64,000 nt of DNA, from assembly GCA_044222475.1 (NCBI GenBank), contig JBGANF010000007.1, positions 63,005-127,004 of the forward strand, written 5' to 3'. The stretch is from Polyangiaceae bacterium (GTDB lineage: Bacteria; Myxococcota_A; Polyangia; Polyangiales; Polyangiaceae). Position 1 is the stretch's first letter. Every line of letters starts with the position of its first letter. The notes under the pieces are model-generated. The model did not search any database and was not told where the DNA came from. It saw nothing but the letters and a program-made list of their open reading frames with translations. This document shows positions 49,393 through 59,067 of the stretch, piece by piece. The position numbers and the translations under genes are program-made.

Positions 49393-50080
49393 GCCGCGCG
49401 ACCGCTCGGTCCACGGCGAGCGCGAGGCCGTCGTCGAACGCACCGACCGGGACGATCGCGATCGTCTTGTCGCCCCGCCGACCCTCGACCTGCACTCGAT
49501 GAATCGCGCCCCCGACGAGCGCGGGGCAAATGTAGTGGAGCGCCTTGATCATCGAGCGCGGCGTCTTCCCGGCGATCGTCGGCAGAAACGACGTCAGCAG
49601 CTCCAGCGCCGTCCCGGGTCGCAGCTTGCCGAGCTGGGCGGAGAGGTCGCGGGGCTTGCCTTCGTCGTCGGCCGCGATGGGATCGAGAAGACCCGCCCGG
49701 CCGTACAGCGTCGTCATCCCAACTTGGGACACGCCGTCGACGTAGAGGATCTCGGTGCGCCACACGTCGTCCAGCTCGAGCAGCTCGCGCATCTCGGGGG
49801 AGTCTCCGCTCGAGGGACGGGTCGCGATCTGCTTGCCGTGGAGCTTGCCGTGGACGTACGGCGCGACGAGCGAGACCTCGCCGTTCGGGTGCCAGCGCGT
49901 CGAGACGCCGTGGAGCTTCCCCTCGTCGTCGAACGTCGACTCGCACGCGCGCGATCCATCGGCCCGCCACCACGTCCAGGCGCCCACCGTGAGCTCGCCG
50001 GCGCGGCGCCCGAGCTCCCACTCGGCGTCGGCCTCGCTCCAGACGGCTTCGGCCGGGACGCCGGCCGGACGAATCCCCAT
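49376..50080 (-). CDS. MORN-variant repeat (YwqK-like) protein
   Basis: GAWTWWRADG, GKLHGVSTRWHPNG, YVHGKLHG repeats. Confidence 0.75.
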   Translation of the reverse strand: MGIRPAGVPAEAVWSEADAEWELGRRAGELTVGAWTWWRADGSRACESTFDDEGKLHGVSTRWHPNGEVSLVAPYVHGKLHGKQIATRPSSGDSPEMRELLELDDVWRTEILYVDGVSQVGMTTLYGRAGLLDPIAADDEGKPRDLSAQLGKLRPGTALELLTSFLPTIAGKTPRSMIKALHYICPALVGGAIHRVQVEGRRGDKTIAIVPVGAFDDGLALAVDRAVARLSRPT

Positions 50081-50124
50081 GGAGGGTTACTAGCAGAGAA
50101 CCGACGCTGGTATCTTCCGTCCCC

Positions 50125-51606
50125 ATGTCGCGCCCGATCCTCGCCATCGACCAAGGGACCACTGGCTCCACCGCTCTCGTGTTCGCCGAAGACGGCCGCA
50201 CGCTCGGCCGCGCAACGGTCGAGTTCCCGCAACACTTTCCCAAACCGGGATGGGTCGAGCACGACGCCAACGAGATCTGGCGCTCGGTCGAGCGCTCGGT
50301 CCACGACGCGCTCGAGGCCGCCAAGATCAGCGGCAAGGACCTCGCCGGCATCGGCATCACGAACCAACGCGAGACGACGCTGGTCTGGGACAAGAAGACC
50401 GGCGCCCCGATCCACCGCGCGATCGTCTGGCAATGCCGCCGCACCGCCGACGTCTGCGACGAGCTGAAGCGCCAAGGTCACGCGGAGCGCATCCGCGAGA
50501 AGACCGGGCTCGTCATCGACGCGTATTTCTCCGGCACCAAGATCGCTTGGATCCTCGATCACGTGGACGGCGCACGAAAGCGCGCCGACGCCGGCGAGCT
50601 GTCGTTCGGAACCATCGACACGTTCGTCGTGCATCGCTTGACCGGCGGCGAGGTCCACGCCACCGACGTCACGAACGCGTCGCGCACGCTCCTGTTCGGA
50701 CTCCGCTCGCTCGCCTGGGACGACGAGCTGTGCGCTCTGTTCCGCGTGCCCCGCTCGGTCCTCCCCCGCGTGGTGTCGAGCGCCGAGATCATCGGCAAGA
50801 CGAAGGGGCTGAGCTTCCTCCCCGACGGGATCCCGATCGCGGGCATCGCCGGCGATCAGCAGGCGGCGCTGTTCGGACAAGCCTGCTTCGCCCGCGGCGA
50901 CGCGAAGTGCACCTACGGCACCGGCGCGTTCGCGCTGACCAACATCGGGACCGAGCCGATCCTCTCGAAGAACGGGCTCGTCACCACCGTCGCGTGGCGC
51001 ATCGGCAACGAGACGACGTACGCGCTCGAGGGCAGCTCGTTCATCGCCGGCGCGGCGGTGCAGTGGCTGCGCGATGGGCTCGGGCTCATCAAGTCGGCCG
51101 CCGAGATCGAGGCGCTCGCGCGCAAGGTCGACTCGAGCGACGGCGTCGTGTTCGTCCCCGCGCTCGCCGGGCTCGGCGCCCCCTACTGGGACCAGGCCGC
51201 GCGCGGCACGATCGTCGGGCTGACGCGCGGCACGACCGCCGCGCACCTCGCCCGGGCGACGCTCGAGGGCATCGCCTTCTCGGTCCACGACCTGCTCGCG
51301 GCCATGGCCGAGGACGGCGGCGCTCCCCTCGCCCGCCTCCGCGTCGATGGCGGCGCGTCCCGCAACGACCTCTTGATGCAATTCCAGGCCGGGATCACCG
51401 GCTGCACGGTCGAGAGGCCCTTCGACGTCGAGTCGACCGGACGGGGGGCGGCGATGCTCGCGGCGGTGGGTCTGGGGACCATGAAGCCGGCGGATGCGGC
51501 CAAGATGCTCAGGATCGAGCGCACGTTCACGCCGGAGATGCAGAAAGCGGAGCGCACATCCCACCTCGCCGCCTGGAAGCGAGGGATCTCGGCCGCGAGA
51601 GGATAG
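50125..51606 (+). CDS. glpK: Glycerol kinase
   Basis: IDQGTTGS, GITNQRET, TDVTNASRT, GDQQAALFGQ, KCTYGTG, GLGAPYW. Confidence 0.97.
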   Translation: MSRPILAIDQGTTGSTALVFAEDGRTLGRATVEFPQHFPKPGWVEHDANEIWRSVERSVHDALEAAKISGKDLAGIGITNQRETTLVWDKKTGAPIHRAIVWQCRRTADVCDELKRQGHAERIREKTGLVIDAYFSGTKIAWILDHVDGARKRADAGELSFGTIDTFVVHRLTGGEVHATDVTNASRTLLFGLRSLAWDDELCALFRVPRSVLPRVVSSAEIIGKTKGLSFLPDGIPIAGIAGDQQAALFGQACFARGDAKCTYGTGAFALTNIGTEPILSKNGLVTTVAWRIGNETTYALEGSSFIAGAAVQWLRDGLGLIKSAAEIEALARKVDSSDGVVFVPALAGLGAPYWDQAARGTIVGLTRGTTAAHLARATLEGIAFSVHDLLAAMAEDGGAPLARLRVDGGASRNDLLMQFQAGITGCTVERPFDVESTGRGAAMLAAVGLGTMKPADAAKMLRIERTFTPEMQKAERTSHLAAWKRGISAARG

Positions 51607-51792
51607 GGGTTGCTCCCTTTCCTTTCGCCGTGCGATCCTTAGGTTCTTTCACAGAACCCGAAACTTTCGACGCTTGTCCCGCGTTTCAAAGGGCGAATCC
51701 TCCCGCGCCAGCCCCGCGTGAGGACTGGAGTAGCGCCATGAAGGCGCGTCCTGCAGAGCCCGGAGAACACGCGAGACGAAGGGAGATTTTCC

Positions 51793-52542
51793 ATGGCCGA
51801 GGAAACCGGAGAGCCCTCCGCGAGCTCCACCGATCAGCACAAGGAAGTGCCGGTCGACTGGGAGGCGCTGGAAGACGCTTTCGAAAACAACGCCCCCGAG
51901 GTGCACAGCTACCTCCACCTGACGACCGGTGAAGTCCTCCGGGTGGTCGATGGCGTGGCCGATCCGCAGATGCACGTACGGATCGCCTCCGACGGGAACT
52001 ACCTCCGGATCGACCCGGTGAGCTCCCGCGAGCAGTACCGCTGGATGGAGCGCTTCATCCCGATGGTCGAAGACGCCGACTTGCGCGCGAAGCTCGCAGT
52101 GGCGATCGACGGCAAGGGAGCATTCCGCCGATTCAAGGACGTGCTCATGGCCTACGGCCCCGACCGCGAGCGGTGGTTCACCTTCCGGAGCGAGCGCCTT
52201 CGCACGTTCATGGAGGCGTGGCTGACCGCGCATGCGATCAAGGCCATTCCCCGCCCGCAGTGGGCAGACACGCCGGAGAGCGAAGCCGCTCCGGAGAGCC
52301 TGGCCCCCAGCTCCTCGACCGACCTCGAGGGACCGAAGTCCTCGAGCGGACGCCGCACGCGCAACGCGGAGGCGAGCCGCCAGATGCTGCACGACATCGC
52401 GGAGGGCCTGGGCCCGCGCGACCTCGACGTGCTCGTCTCGTTCGCCGAGTTCCTCAAGGCTCGACGCGCCGCGCGTGGGTTCGCCCATCACCAAGACCAC
52501 GCGCGTGAGGAGCGCGACAAGAAGGAGACCGCGACGACGTGA
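51793..52542 (+). CDS. UPF0158-family protein
   Basis: YLHLTTGEV, YRWMERF, AIDGKGAFRRFKD, W..FR. Confidence 0.85.
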   Translation: MAEETGEPSASSTDQHKEVPVDWEALEDAFENNAPEVHSYLHLTTGEVLRVVDGVADPQMHVRIASDGNYLRIDPVSSREQYRWMERFIPMVEDADLRAKLAVAIDGKGAFRRFKDVLMAYGPDRERWFTFRSERLRTFMEAWLTAHAIKAIPRPQWADTPESEAAPESLAPSSSTDLEGPKSSSGRRTRNAEASRQMLHDIAEGLGPRDLDVLVSFAEFLKARRAARGFAHHQDHAREERDKKETATT

Positions 52543-53333
52543 GCGAGCGCTCCAACGTCGGGGGCTTCGCCCCCGACACCCCCACGGAGAGACTCGAAAC
52601 TCTCCGGCGGAAGCCGGAGAGCTTTCACCAGAGGCTGACGTTGGGGCTGTGCTTCGGCGCGGCGCTCTTTGTCTGCGGCGCAACGGTGCATGCCGACGTG
52701 CCGGCGGGTCCGGCGCCGATCACGAGCGACGCGGTCGTCGTGCGGTTCCACTCGCCCGAGACCGGCGGGGCTGCGCGTCCGCGCTACGTCACGGCCCGGG
52801 CCCTCGCCTACGAAGCGCGGCTCGTCGCGCTCGAGCTCGCGCCCGACGAACCAGACGCGAGCGTCACCTACGACGACCGCAACGTCCGCGCCGCGCTCGA
52901 TCAGATCGTGGCCGAAGAGATGCTCGCCAAGCTACCGCTCGAGCGCGAGCCCGACGTCCCGACGCTCGACCGCGTCGCCGAGCTTCTGCGCGACGCCACG
53001 CGAGAGCGCGTGGGCGGCCCGACCGCGTTCGACCGCGCCAGCGCGACCGAGGGCCTCGGCCCCGACGAGGTCCAGGCGATCATGCGTCGCCGCGCGCGAG
53101 CCGCGATGTACGTCGACCGCGTGATCGGCTCCGTCCTCCACCCATCGGAGGAGCAGCTCCGCGAGGTCTACCGGACCACGGCACACCCCTACCGCGCCAA
53201 GCGCTTCGACGACTGCCGCGACGAGCTCACCCGCTGGATCGTGCTCGAACGCGTGCGCGCCGCGGAGACGGCATTCCTGCAGAGCGCGCGAGCTCGCGTG
53301 ACGATCGTCTACACCGGCGGCATCAAGAAGTAG
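52539..53333 (+). CDS. Secreted hypothetical protein (possibly SurA-like helical)
   Basis: GTGA overlap; signal peptide follows a repeat-derived N-terminal extension. Confidence 0.72.
   Translation: MSERSNVGGFAPDTPTERLETLRRKPESFHQRLTLGLCFGAALFVCGATVHADVPAGPAPITSDAVVVRFHSPETGGAARPRYVTARALAYEARLVALELAPDEPDASVTYDDRNVRAALDQIVAEEMLAKLPLEREPDVPTLDRVAELLRDATRERVGGPTAFDRASATEGLGPDEVQAIMRRRARAAMYVDRVIGSVLHPSEEQLREVYRTTAHPYRAKRFDDCRDELTRWIVLERVRAAETAFLQSARARVTIVYTGGIKK
52552..52626 (+). repeat. 31-bp REP-like hairpin repeat, copy 2, followed by a second hairpin
   Basis: GTCGGGGGC-TTC-GCCCCCGAC perfect stem within 52552-52582; then CTCTCCGGC-GGAA-GCCGGAGAG. Confidence 0.85.
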
Positions 53334-53949
53334 CGCGCCGCGACTTCCGCGTTCGCCGGTTCGACGTGGGCCCCACGGGGGACCGCTGGGCGGCACCCGA
53401 CATCGTGCGGAGCTCCGGCGGAAGGTGACCGAGGTCGTTGTAGCGAACGGCGCGCAGCTGCCCGCTCGCGAGGACGAGCACCTCGGTGATTCCGCAGTGG
53501 TGCGACACGAGGCGCACCCAGGCGGTCGGATCGACGTCGAGCGCCAGGCAGTGAAAGAACCGGATGATGTTCCCGTGGCAGACGATCAGCTCGGAGCGAT
53601 CGGTTCGGCTCGGGCGAAACAGCTCCGCGGCGGCGCGCTTCGCGCGAGGTATGTCCCGCGCGATGCGGGCCGCCTCGATCCCACGCGCGAGGCGCGGCGG
53701 AAGCTTCGTCGGGATCGCCTCGCAGAAGAGCGACGATGGACGAACCGACACGGAGCGGTGCGCGCGCGCGACGATCTCGGCGGTCTCCCGCGCGCGGATG
53801 AGCGTGCTCACCCGGATCTGGTCGAGCCTCTCGGCCGCGAGGGCCTCGGCCGAGTGGGCGGCCTGTTCGCGCCCGAGGGCGGTGAGCCGGCCGTCGCCCT
53901 CCTCGTCGTACTGGCCGTGGCGCAGAAAAAGCAGTCGGCGCGTTCCCAC
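53323..53949 (-). CDS. Histidine phosphatase (PGAM5-like)
   Basis: LRHGQY, LTALGREQA, RARETA, VCHGNIIR. Confidence 0.9.
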   Translation of the reverse strand: MGTRRLLFLRHGQYDEEGDGRLTALGREQAAHSAEALAAERLDQIRVSTLIRARETAEIVARAHRSVSVRPSSLFCEAIPTKLPPRLARGIEAARIARDIPRAKRAAAELFRPSRTDRSELIVCHGNIIRFFHCLALDVDPTAWVRLVSHHCGITEVLVLASGQLRAVRYNDLGHLPPELRTMSGAAQRSPVGPTSNRRTRKSRRATS

Positions 53950-53983
53950 CCGAGCCTCTTAGCATGTATGGTTTTCGCTTTCG

Positions 53984-55114
53984 ATGAGCGGCAAGGCCGA
54001 CAGCAAGAAGGTCGTGATCGCTGCGCTCGCTGGTAACCTCGCGATTGCAGCCTGCAAATTCGTCGCGGCGTTCGTCTCCCATTCGACGGCAACGATGGCC
54101 GAAGCGGTCCACTCGCTCGCCGATTCGGGCAATCAGGCGCTGCTTCTCTTGGCGATCGCCCTCGCTGCGCGGCCGGCCAACGAGAAGTACCCGTTCGGGC
54201 GCGCGAGCGAGCTGTACTTCTGGCCGTTCATCGTCGCCCTGATCCTGTTCTCAGTCGGCGGCGCGTTCGCGACCTACTCTGGCATCCAGCACCTCCGCGA
54301 GGCGGGCGAAGAGAACATGTCGATGATCGATCAGACGATCTTCGGCGTTCATTTCTTCTTCTCGTCCAACGTCCTCAACTACGTCGTCCTCGGGCTCTCG
54401 TTCTTCTTCGAGGCGATGAGCTTCCGCGTCGCCTACCGCGAGTTCAAGCTCATGGCGAAGGGCAAGACGCTCATCCGCACCTTCTTCGACGCGCGCGACC
54501 CGACGATCCCGCTCGTCCTCGCCGAGGACACGACCGCGCTCATCGGCCTCGGGATCGCGCTCGCGGCCGTCGTGCTCCGCGGGATCACGGGCCACAGCTT
54601 TTGGGACGCGCTCGGGTCGGTGCTCATCGGCATCCTCCTGGGGATCGTGTCGATCTCTCTCGCGTGGGTCACCCACGGCCTCCTGATCGGCGAGACCGCT
54701 CCGGTCGACGACCACGCAGACGTCGTCGCCATCACCGAAGAGACGCCTGGCGTCGACAAGGTGACGCAGATCCTCAGCGTGCACCTCGGCCCCGAGGTCG
54801 TCGTGCTCGCGCTCAAGGTGGGGTTCGCACGAAACATGATCGTCCACGAGGTCGAGGACCTCACCGACGAGATCGAGCGCCGCATCCGGAAGCACCTCCC
54901 GCGGATGCGGAAGATCTTCATCGAGGCGGACTCGCGAGGCGACGGACGCGGCATGGAGCCCGTCCGACGCACGCTCGCCGAGCGCGAGAAGCTCGGCCTC
55001 CCGAAGATCACTCCGAGCGACGAGCCCGAGGAGAAGAAAGCGGACGCCGACGACGCCGAGACCGCGAAGGCGAAACCGAAGACCAAGAAGCGGAAGAAGA
55101 AGGCGCCGGCATGA
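53984..55114 (+). CDS. Cation diffusion facilitator (CDF) transporter
   Basis: AEAVHSLADSGNQ, YPFG, LAEDTTALIG; multi-TM domain plus C-terminal domain. Confidence 0.92.
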   Translation: MSGKADSKKVVIAALAGNLAIAACKFVAAFVSHSTATMAEAVHSLADSGNQALLLLAIALAARPANEKYPFGRASELYFWPFIVALILFSVGGAFATYSGIQHLREAGEENMSMIDQTIFGVHFFFSSNVLNYVVLGLSFFFEAMSFRVAYREFKLMAKGKTLIRTFFDARDPTIPLVLAEDTTALIGLGIALAAVVLRGITGHSFWDALGSVLIGILLGIVSISLAWVTHGLLIGETAPVDDHADVVAITEETPGVDKVTQILSVHLGPEVVVLALKVGFARNMIVHEVEDLTDEIERRIRKHLPRMRKIFIEADSRGDGRGMEPVRRTLAEREKLGLPKITPSDEPEEKKADADDAETAKAKPKTKKRKKKAPA

Positions 55115-56133
55115 CGGCACGAACGATCCTCGCCGGCCTGCTCGCGCTAGCGGCCGGATCGCTCTTCCTTCCACCGCGTCACGCGAACGACGCGGCGCGC
55201 GCCCCCGCCGCGCCGCGAGCTCGAGTCGGGCTCGTGTTCGACGTCGGCGGGCGGGGCGACAAGAGCTTCAACGACGCCGCGTACGAGGGACTCCTGCGCG
55301 CGGAGCGCGAGCTCGGCGTCGAGATCCGCTACCTGGAGCCCGGAGGCACCGAAGATCGCGAGGCGGCGCTCCGCCTCTTCGCCGCGCAAAAGCTCGACAT
55401 CGTGATCGGCGTGGGTTTCATCTTCTCGAGCGACGTCGACGCGGTGGCGCGCGCACACCCGAGCGTGCGCTTCGCGTGCGTCGACTACGCGCCGAGCGAA
55501 GGGGCGATGCCGCCGAACGTCCTCGGGCTCGACTTCCGCGAGGAGGAAGGGTCGTTCCTCGTCGGTGCCGCCGCCGGCGCGCTGTCGAAGACGGGCCACG
55601 TGGGCTTCGTCGGCGGGATGACGATCCCCCTGATCCGCAAGTTCGAGGCCGGGTACGGCGCTGGCGTCCGGTCCACGTGCCCGACGTGCGTCGTCCACGC
55701 GGGGTACGCCGGGTCGACGCCGGAGGCGTTCAAAGATCCCGCCAAGGGAAAGCTCCTCGCGACCGGACAGATCGCCGCTGGCGCCGACGTGATCTTCCAC
55801 GCGTCGGGGTCCACCGGCCACGGCGTCTTCGAAGCCTCGCGCGAAGGCGGCGTTCGTGCGATCGGCGTCGACGCCGACCAATACGACGAGATGCCTGGCG
55901 TCGTCGTCACGAGCATGGTCAAGCGCGTCGACGTCGCCGTCTTCGAGGCGATTCGGTCGGCGGTCGACGGAACGTTCACCGGCGGCGTGCGTCGCCTCGG
56001 GCTCGCCGAGTCCGGCGTGGACTGGGTGCACGACGGACCGCACGGCGCGGGCCTCCCACCCGCGGTCGTGACCCGCGTCGAGGCACTCCGCGCCGACGTC
56101 ATCGCGGGAAGGATCACGGTACCGAGTGAATAA
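55111..56133 (+). CDS. BMP-family ABC substrate-binding protein
   Basis: GGRGDKSFND, FREEEGSFLVG, GADVIFHA, IGVDADQ. Confidence 0.92.
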   Translation: MTARTILAGLLALAAGSLFLPPRHANDAARAPAAPRARVGLVFDVGGRGDKSFNDAAYEGLLRAERELGVEIRYLEPGGTEDREAALRLFAAQKLDIVIGVGFIFSSDVDAVARAHPSVRFACVDYAPSEGAMPPNVLGLDFREEEGSFLVGAAAGALSKTGHVGFVGGMTIPLIRKFEAGYGAGVRSTCPTCVVHAGYAGSTPEAFKDPAKGKLLATGQIAAGADVIFHASGSTGHGVFEASREGGVRAIGVDADQYDEMPGVVVTSMVKRVDVAVFEAIRSAVDGTFTGGVRRLGLAESGVDWVHDGPHGAGLPPAVVTRVEALRADVIAGRITVPSE

Positions 56134-56581
56134 ACTCCTTTGGAGCCACGGGGTGAAGGTCCTCCGGGCGATCGGCCTGCTCTTCGTCCTCTGGCCGTTC
56201 TTGCCGCCCGTGCTCCGCGCGTTCGGGATCGACTCGATCGCGTACGCCCTGGAGTACCCGTGGGCGCTGACGTGCCACCGCTACGCCGAGCGCACGATCG
56301 AGGTCTTGAGCAACAAGATGCCGATGTGCTCGCGCTGCGCCGGGATCTCGATCGGGATCGGGGTCGGCCTCATCGCCGGCAAGCCGTATTACGGGCCGAA
56401 GGTCATGTGGGGCTGGATCATCATCGCGACGGCGCTGATGGTCGTCGACATGTACACGTTGAGCGCCGACCCACACCACGTGTGGCACCCGTCGCGCCTC
56501 GCGACGGGGATGCTCCTCTCGCTGCCCGTCGCTGCGGCCCTCTCCGCGATCGTTCGCCGCGAGGCGAACAAGGAAGCCTGA
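56126..56581 (+). CDS. DUF2085-like membrane protein
   Basis: CH..AERT...PMCSRCAGI pattern; several TMs. Confidence 0.75.
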   Translation: MNKLLWSHGVKVLRAIGLLFVLWPFLPPVLRAFGIDSIAYALEYPWALTCHRYAERTIEVLSNKMPMCSRCAGISIGIGVGLIAGKPYYGPKVMWGWIIIATALMVVDMYTLSADPHHVWHPSRLATGMLLSLPVAAALSAIVRREANKEA

Positions 56582-57106
56582 TCAGCGGCCCAGCGACTTG
56601 CGACGCGCGGCGACCACGCGCGCGACGAAGTCTGCCTTCGACGCGGTGTACGAGTCCCGTTGCTCGCGGAACTGCTCGGCGAGCTTGCGCTTCAGCGCCT
56701 CGTACTCCTCGCGGATCTCCTCGTCTTCGCGGAGCGCGTCGCGGAAGAGGACGTACTCGTCCCAGAGCGCGCCACCGTGGGCGATGAGGTGCGCGTGATG
56801 GGTGCGCACGCCGTCTTTGACGCGCTTGAGGAAGCGCCGGTTGGTGATCTTCGCGTTGATGTCCTCGGGGAGCTCCCACCCGTCCTTCACGAGGAGCGGG
56901 ACCGCGAGCACGGCGTCGTCGTAGGTCGGAAACCCGCAGAGGAGATCGATCACCGGCTTCGCCGCGAGCCCGGGCACCGCGGTGCTGCCGATGTGCTCGA
57001 TCGCGACGACGCGCGGGCCGAGCACGGACAAGAGGCGCGCGCGCTCCTCGGCGAACGCGTGCTCCCACGCGCTGCGCCACGAGACGACGACGACCTCATC
57101 CGCCAC
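56582..57106 (-). CDS. GrpB/UPF0157-family protein
   Basis: IEHIGSTAVPGLAAKPVID, FRDAL, YEALK, YTASK. Confidence 0.92.
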   Translation of the reverse strand: MADEVVVVSWRSAWEHAFAEERARLLSVLGPRVVAIEHIGSTAVPGLAAKPVIDLLCGFPTYDDAVLAVPLLVKDGWELPEDINAKITNRRFLKRVKDGVRTHHAHLIAHGGALWDEYVLFRDALREDEEIREEYEALKRKLAEQFREQRDSYTASKADFVARVVAARRKSLGR

Positions 57107-57178
57107 GGTCCTCTCACGATACGCGAGCGACCGGTCGGCGGTCCAACTCCCCGCGGCCATCTGCTAGCGTGCCGGCCG

Positions 57179-57997
57179 ATGGTCGGCGTCGGCGGCACGG
57201 ACGGACGAAGGGTATCGGCGGCAAAGGCGCGCTACGGCCGCTGGGCGGTCGTCGCCGGAGCCTCCGAGGGGCTCGGGGCAGCGTTCGCCTCCGAGCTCGC
57301 CGCCCGAGGTCACGATCTCGTGCTCATCGCCCGCCGCGCCGACGCTCTCGCGGAGCTCGCGCGCGAGTTGCGCGAGACGCACCGCGTCGAGGTCGTCACC
57401 CTCGCGGTCGACCTCGGGAGCGCCGCGTTCCCGGACGCCCTCGCCAGCGCGATCGAAGGCCGCGAGGTCGGCGTCGCCGTCTACAACGCCGCCCACTCGT
57501 TCGTCGCGCCCTTTCTCGAGCGCCCCGTCACCGACGCGCTGCAGACGGTGGAAGTCAACGTGCGCGCCCCTCTTCGCTTCGTCCACGCGCTCGCTCCGGC
57601 GATGGTCGCTCGCAGGCGTGGTGCGATCGTGCTCATGTCGTCGCTCGCTGGGTTCACCGGCTCGCCGAAGCTCCAGACGTACGCCGCGAGCAAGGCGTTC
57701 CTCACGATCTTCGCCGAGGGGCTGTGGGCCGAGCTCGCCCCGCACGGCGTCGAAGTGATCGCATCGTGCGCCGGCGCGATCCGCACGCCGAACTACGAGA
57801 AGATGCGCGGCGACGGACCCGAGGCCCCGGGCACGCTCGACGCGGAAGAGGTCGTCCGGACGACGCTGGCAGCGCTCGGCAGCGGGCCGACGGTCGTGCC
57901 GGGCTCCGTCAACAAGCTCGCGACGTTCTTTCTCCGGCGGCTCGCGCCTCGGACGAGCGCGATCGCGATCATGGGCCGGTCGGTCGAGGACGAGTGA
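57179..57997 (+). CDS. Short-chain dehydrogenase/reductase
   Basis: YGRWAVVAGASEGLG, YNAA, MSS, YAASK. Confidence 0.92.
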   Translation: MVGVGGTDGRRVSAAKARYGRWAVVAGASEGLGAAFASELAARGHDLVLIARRADALAELARELRETHRVEVVTLAVDLGSAAFPDALASAIEGREVGVAVYNAAHSFVAPFLERPVTDALQTVEVNVRAPLRFVHALAPAMVARRRGAIVLMSSLAGFTGSPKLQTYAASKAFLTIFAEGLWAELAPHGVEVIASCAGAIRTPNYEKMRGDGPEAPGTLDAEEVVRTTLAALGSGPTVVPGSVNKLATFFLRRLAPRTSAIAIMGRSVEDE

Positions 57998-59067
57998 TCG
58001 CCGGGTTCGTCGCGCCGCTGGTGGTGTACGCGCTGGTGTTCGCGCTCCACGTCGTGCTCCCGGCGCGGAAGGTGCGCGGCTACGTCGTGGGGGACGATGG
58101 AGAGAAGCTCGTCTACCGCTTGAACGGGCTCCGCGTCCTCGCGCTGACGCTGCTCGTCTACTACGCGCTCGGGCACTTCGGCGTCGTCGCGCCGGATTTC
58201 CTGTGGGACCACCGATGGGAGTCGCTCGCCGGCGCATGCGTGCTGGGGCTCCTCTTCACGTTCTCGGTCGTCGTCGGCGCGCCGCGAACGGGCAAGTCGA
58301 TCGTGGCCGAGATCTTCCTCGGCCGGAGGGAGAACCCGCAGCTGCTCGGTGGCCTCGTCGACGCGAAGATGTACCTGTATTTGATCGGGGCCGTGATGTT
58401 GGAGCTCAACATCCTCTCGTTCGCGGCCCACCACGCGAGCATCAACGGCGGCACGGCGGCGCCGTCGGTCGCCGTCTACTCGGGGCTCTTCACCTTCTTC
58501 GTGTGCGAGTACCTCTTCTTCGAGGAGGTCCACCTCTACACCTACGACTTCTTCGCCGAGCGGGTGGGCTTCAAGCTCGGCTGGGGATGCTTCACGTTCT
58601 ATCCGTTCTTCTACTGCGTCGGTTTGTGGTCCGCCGCGCGCGCGCCGGATCCCCATGCGCCGACGTGGTTGCTGGTGCTCGCGGTGATCGTCTTCGCGTG
58701 TGGGTGGACGCTCTCGCGCGGGGCGAACCTGCAGAAGTTCGCCTTCAAGACGCGGCCGAAGGCGAAGCTCTTCGGCGTGCTCGCGCCGGAGACGATCACC
58801 GACGGCGAGCATACGCTGCTCGTCTCGGGCTTCTGGGGCGTGTCGCGCCACGTGAACTACCTCGGAGAGATCCTGATGGCGGTCGGCCTCACCCTCGCGC
58901 TGGGACGACCGGGGGACCCGTGGCCGTGGCTCTACCCCGCGTACTACGTCGCGCTCCTGTTTCCGCGCGAGCGCGACGACGATCGGCGGTGTGCCGCAAA
59001 GTACGGCCCACTTTGGGACGAGTACCGCAAGCGCGTGCCGTCGCGGATCGTGCCCTTCGTCTACTGA
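57994..59067 (+). CDS. ERG4/ERG24-family sterol reductase
   Basis: GTGA overlap; FLGRRENP, ERVGFKLGWG, ANLQKFAF, LLVSGFWGVSRHVNYLGEI, CAAKYG..W.EY...VP.RIVP.VY. Confidence 0.92.
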   Translation: MIAGFVAPLVVYALVFALHVVLPARKVRGYVVGDDGEKLVYRLNGLRVLALTLLVYYALGHFGVVAPDFLWDHRWESLAGACVLGLLFTFSVVVGAPRTGKSIVAEIFLGRRENPQLLGGLVDAKMYLYLIGAVMLELNILSFAAHHASINGGTAAPSVAVYSGLFTFFVCEYLFFEEVHLYTYDFFAERVGFKLGWGCFTFYPFFYCVGLWSAARAPDPHAPTWLLVLAVIVFACGWTLSRGANLQKFAFKTRPKAKLFGVLAPETITDGEHTLLVSGFWGVSRHVNYLGEILMAVGLTLALGRPGDPWPWLYPAYYVALLFPRERDDDRRCAAKYGPLWDEYRKRVPSRIVPFVY

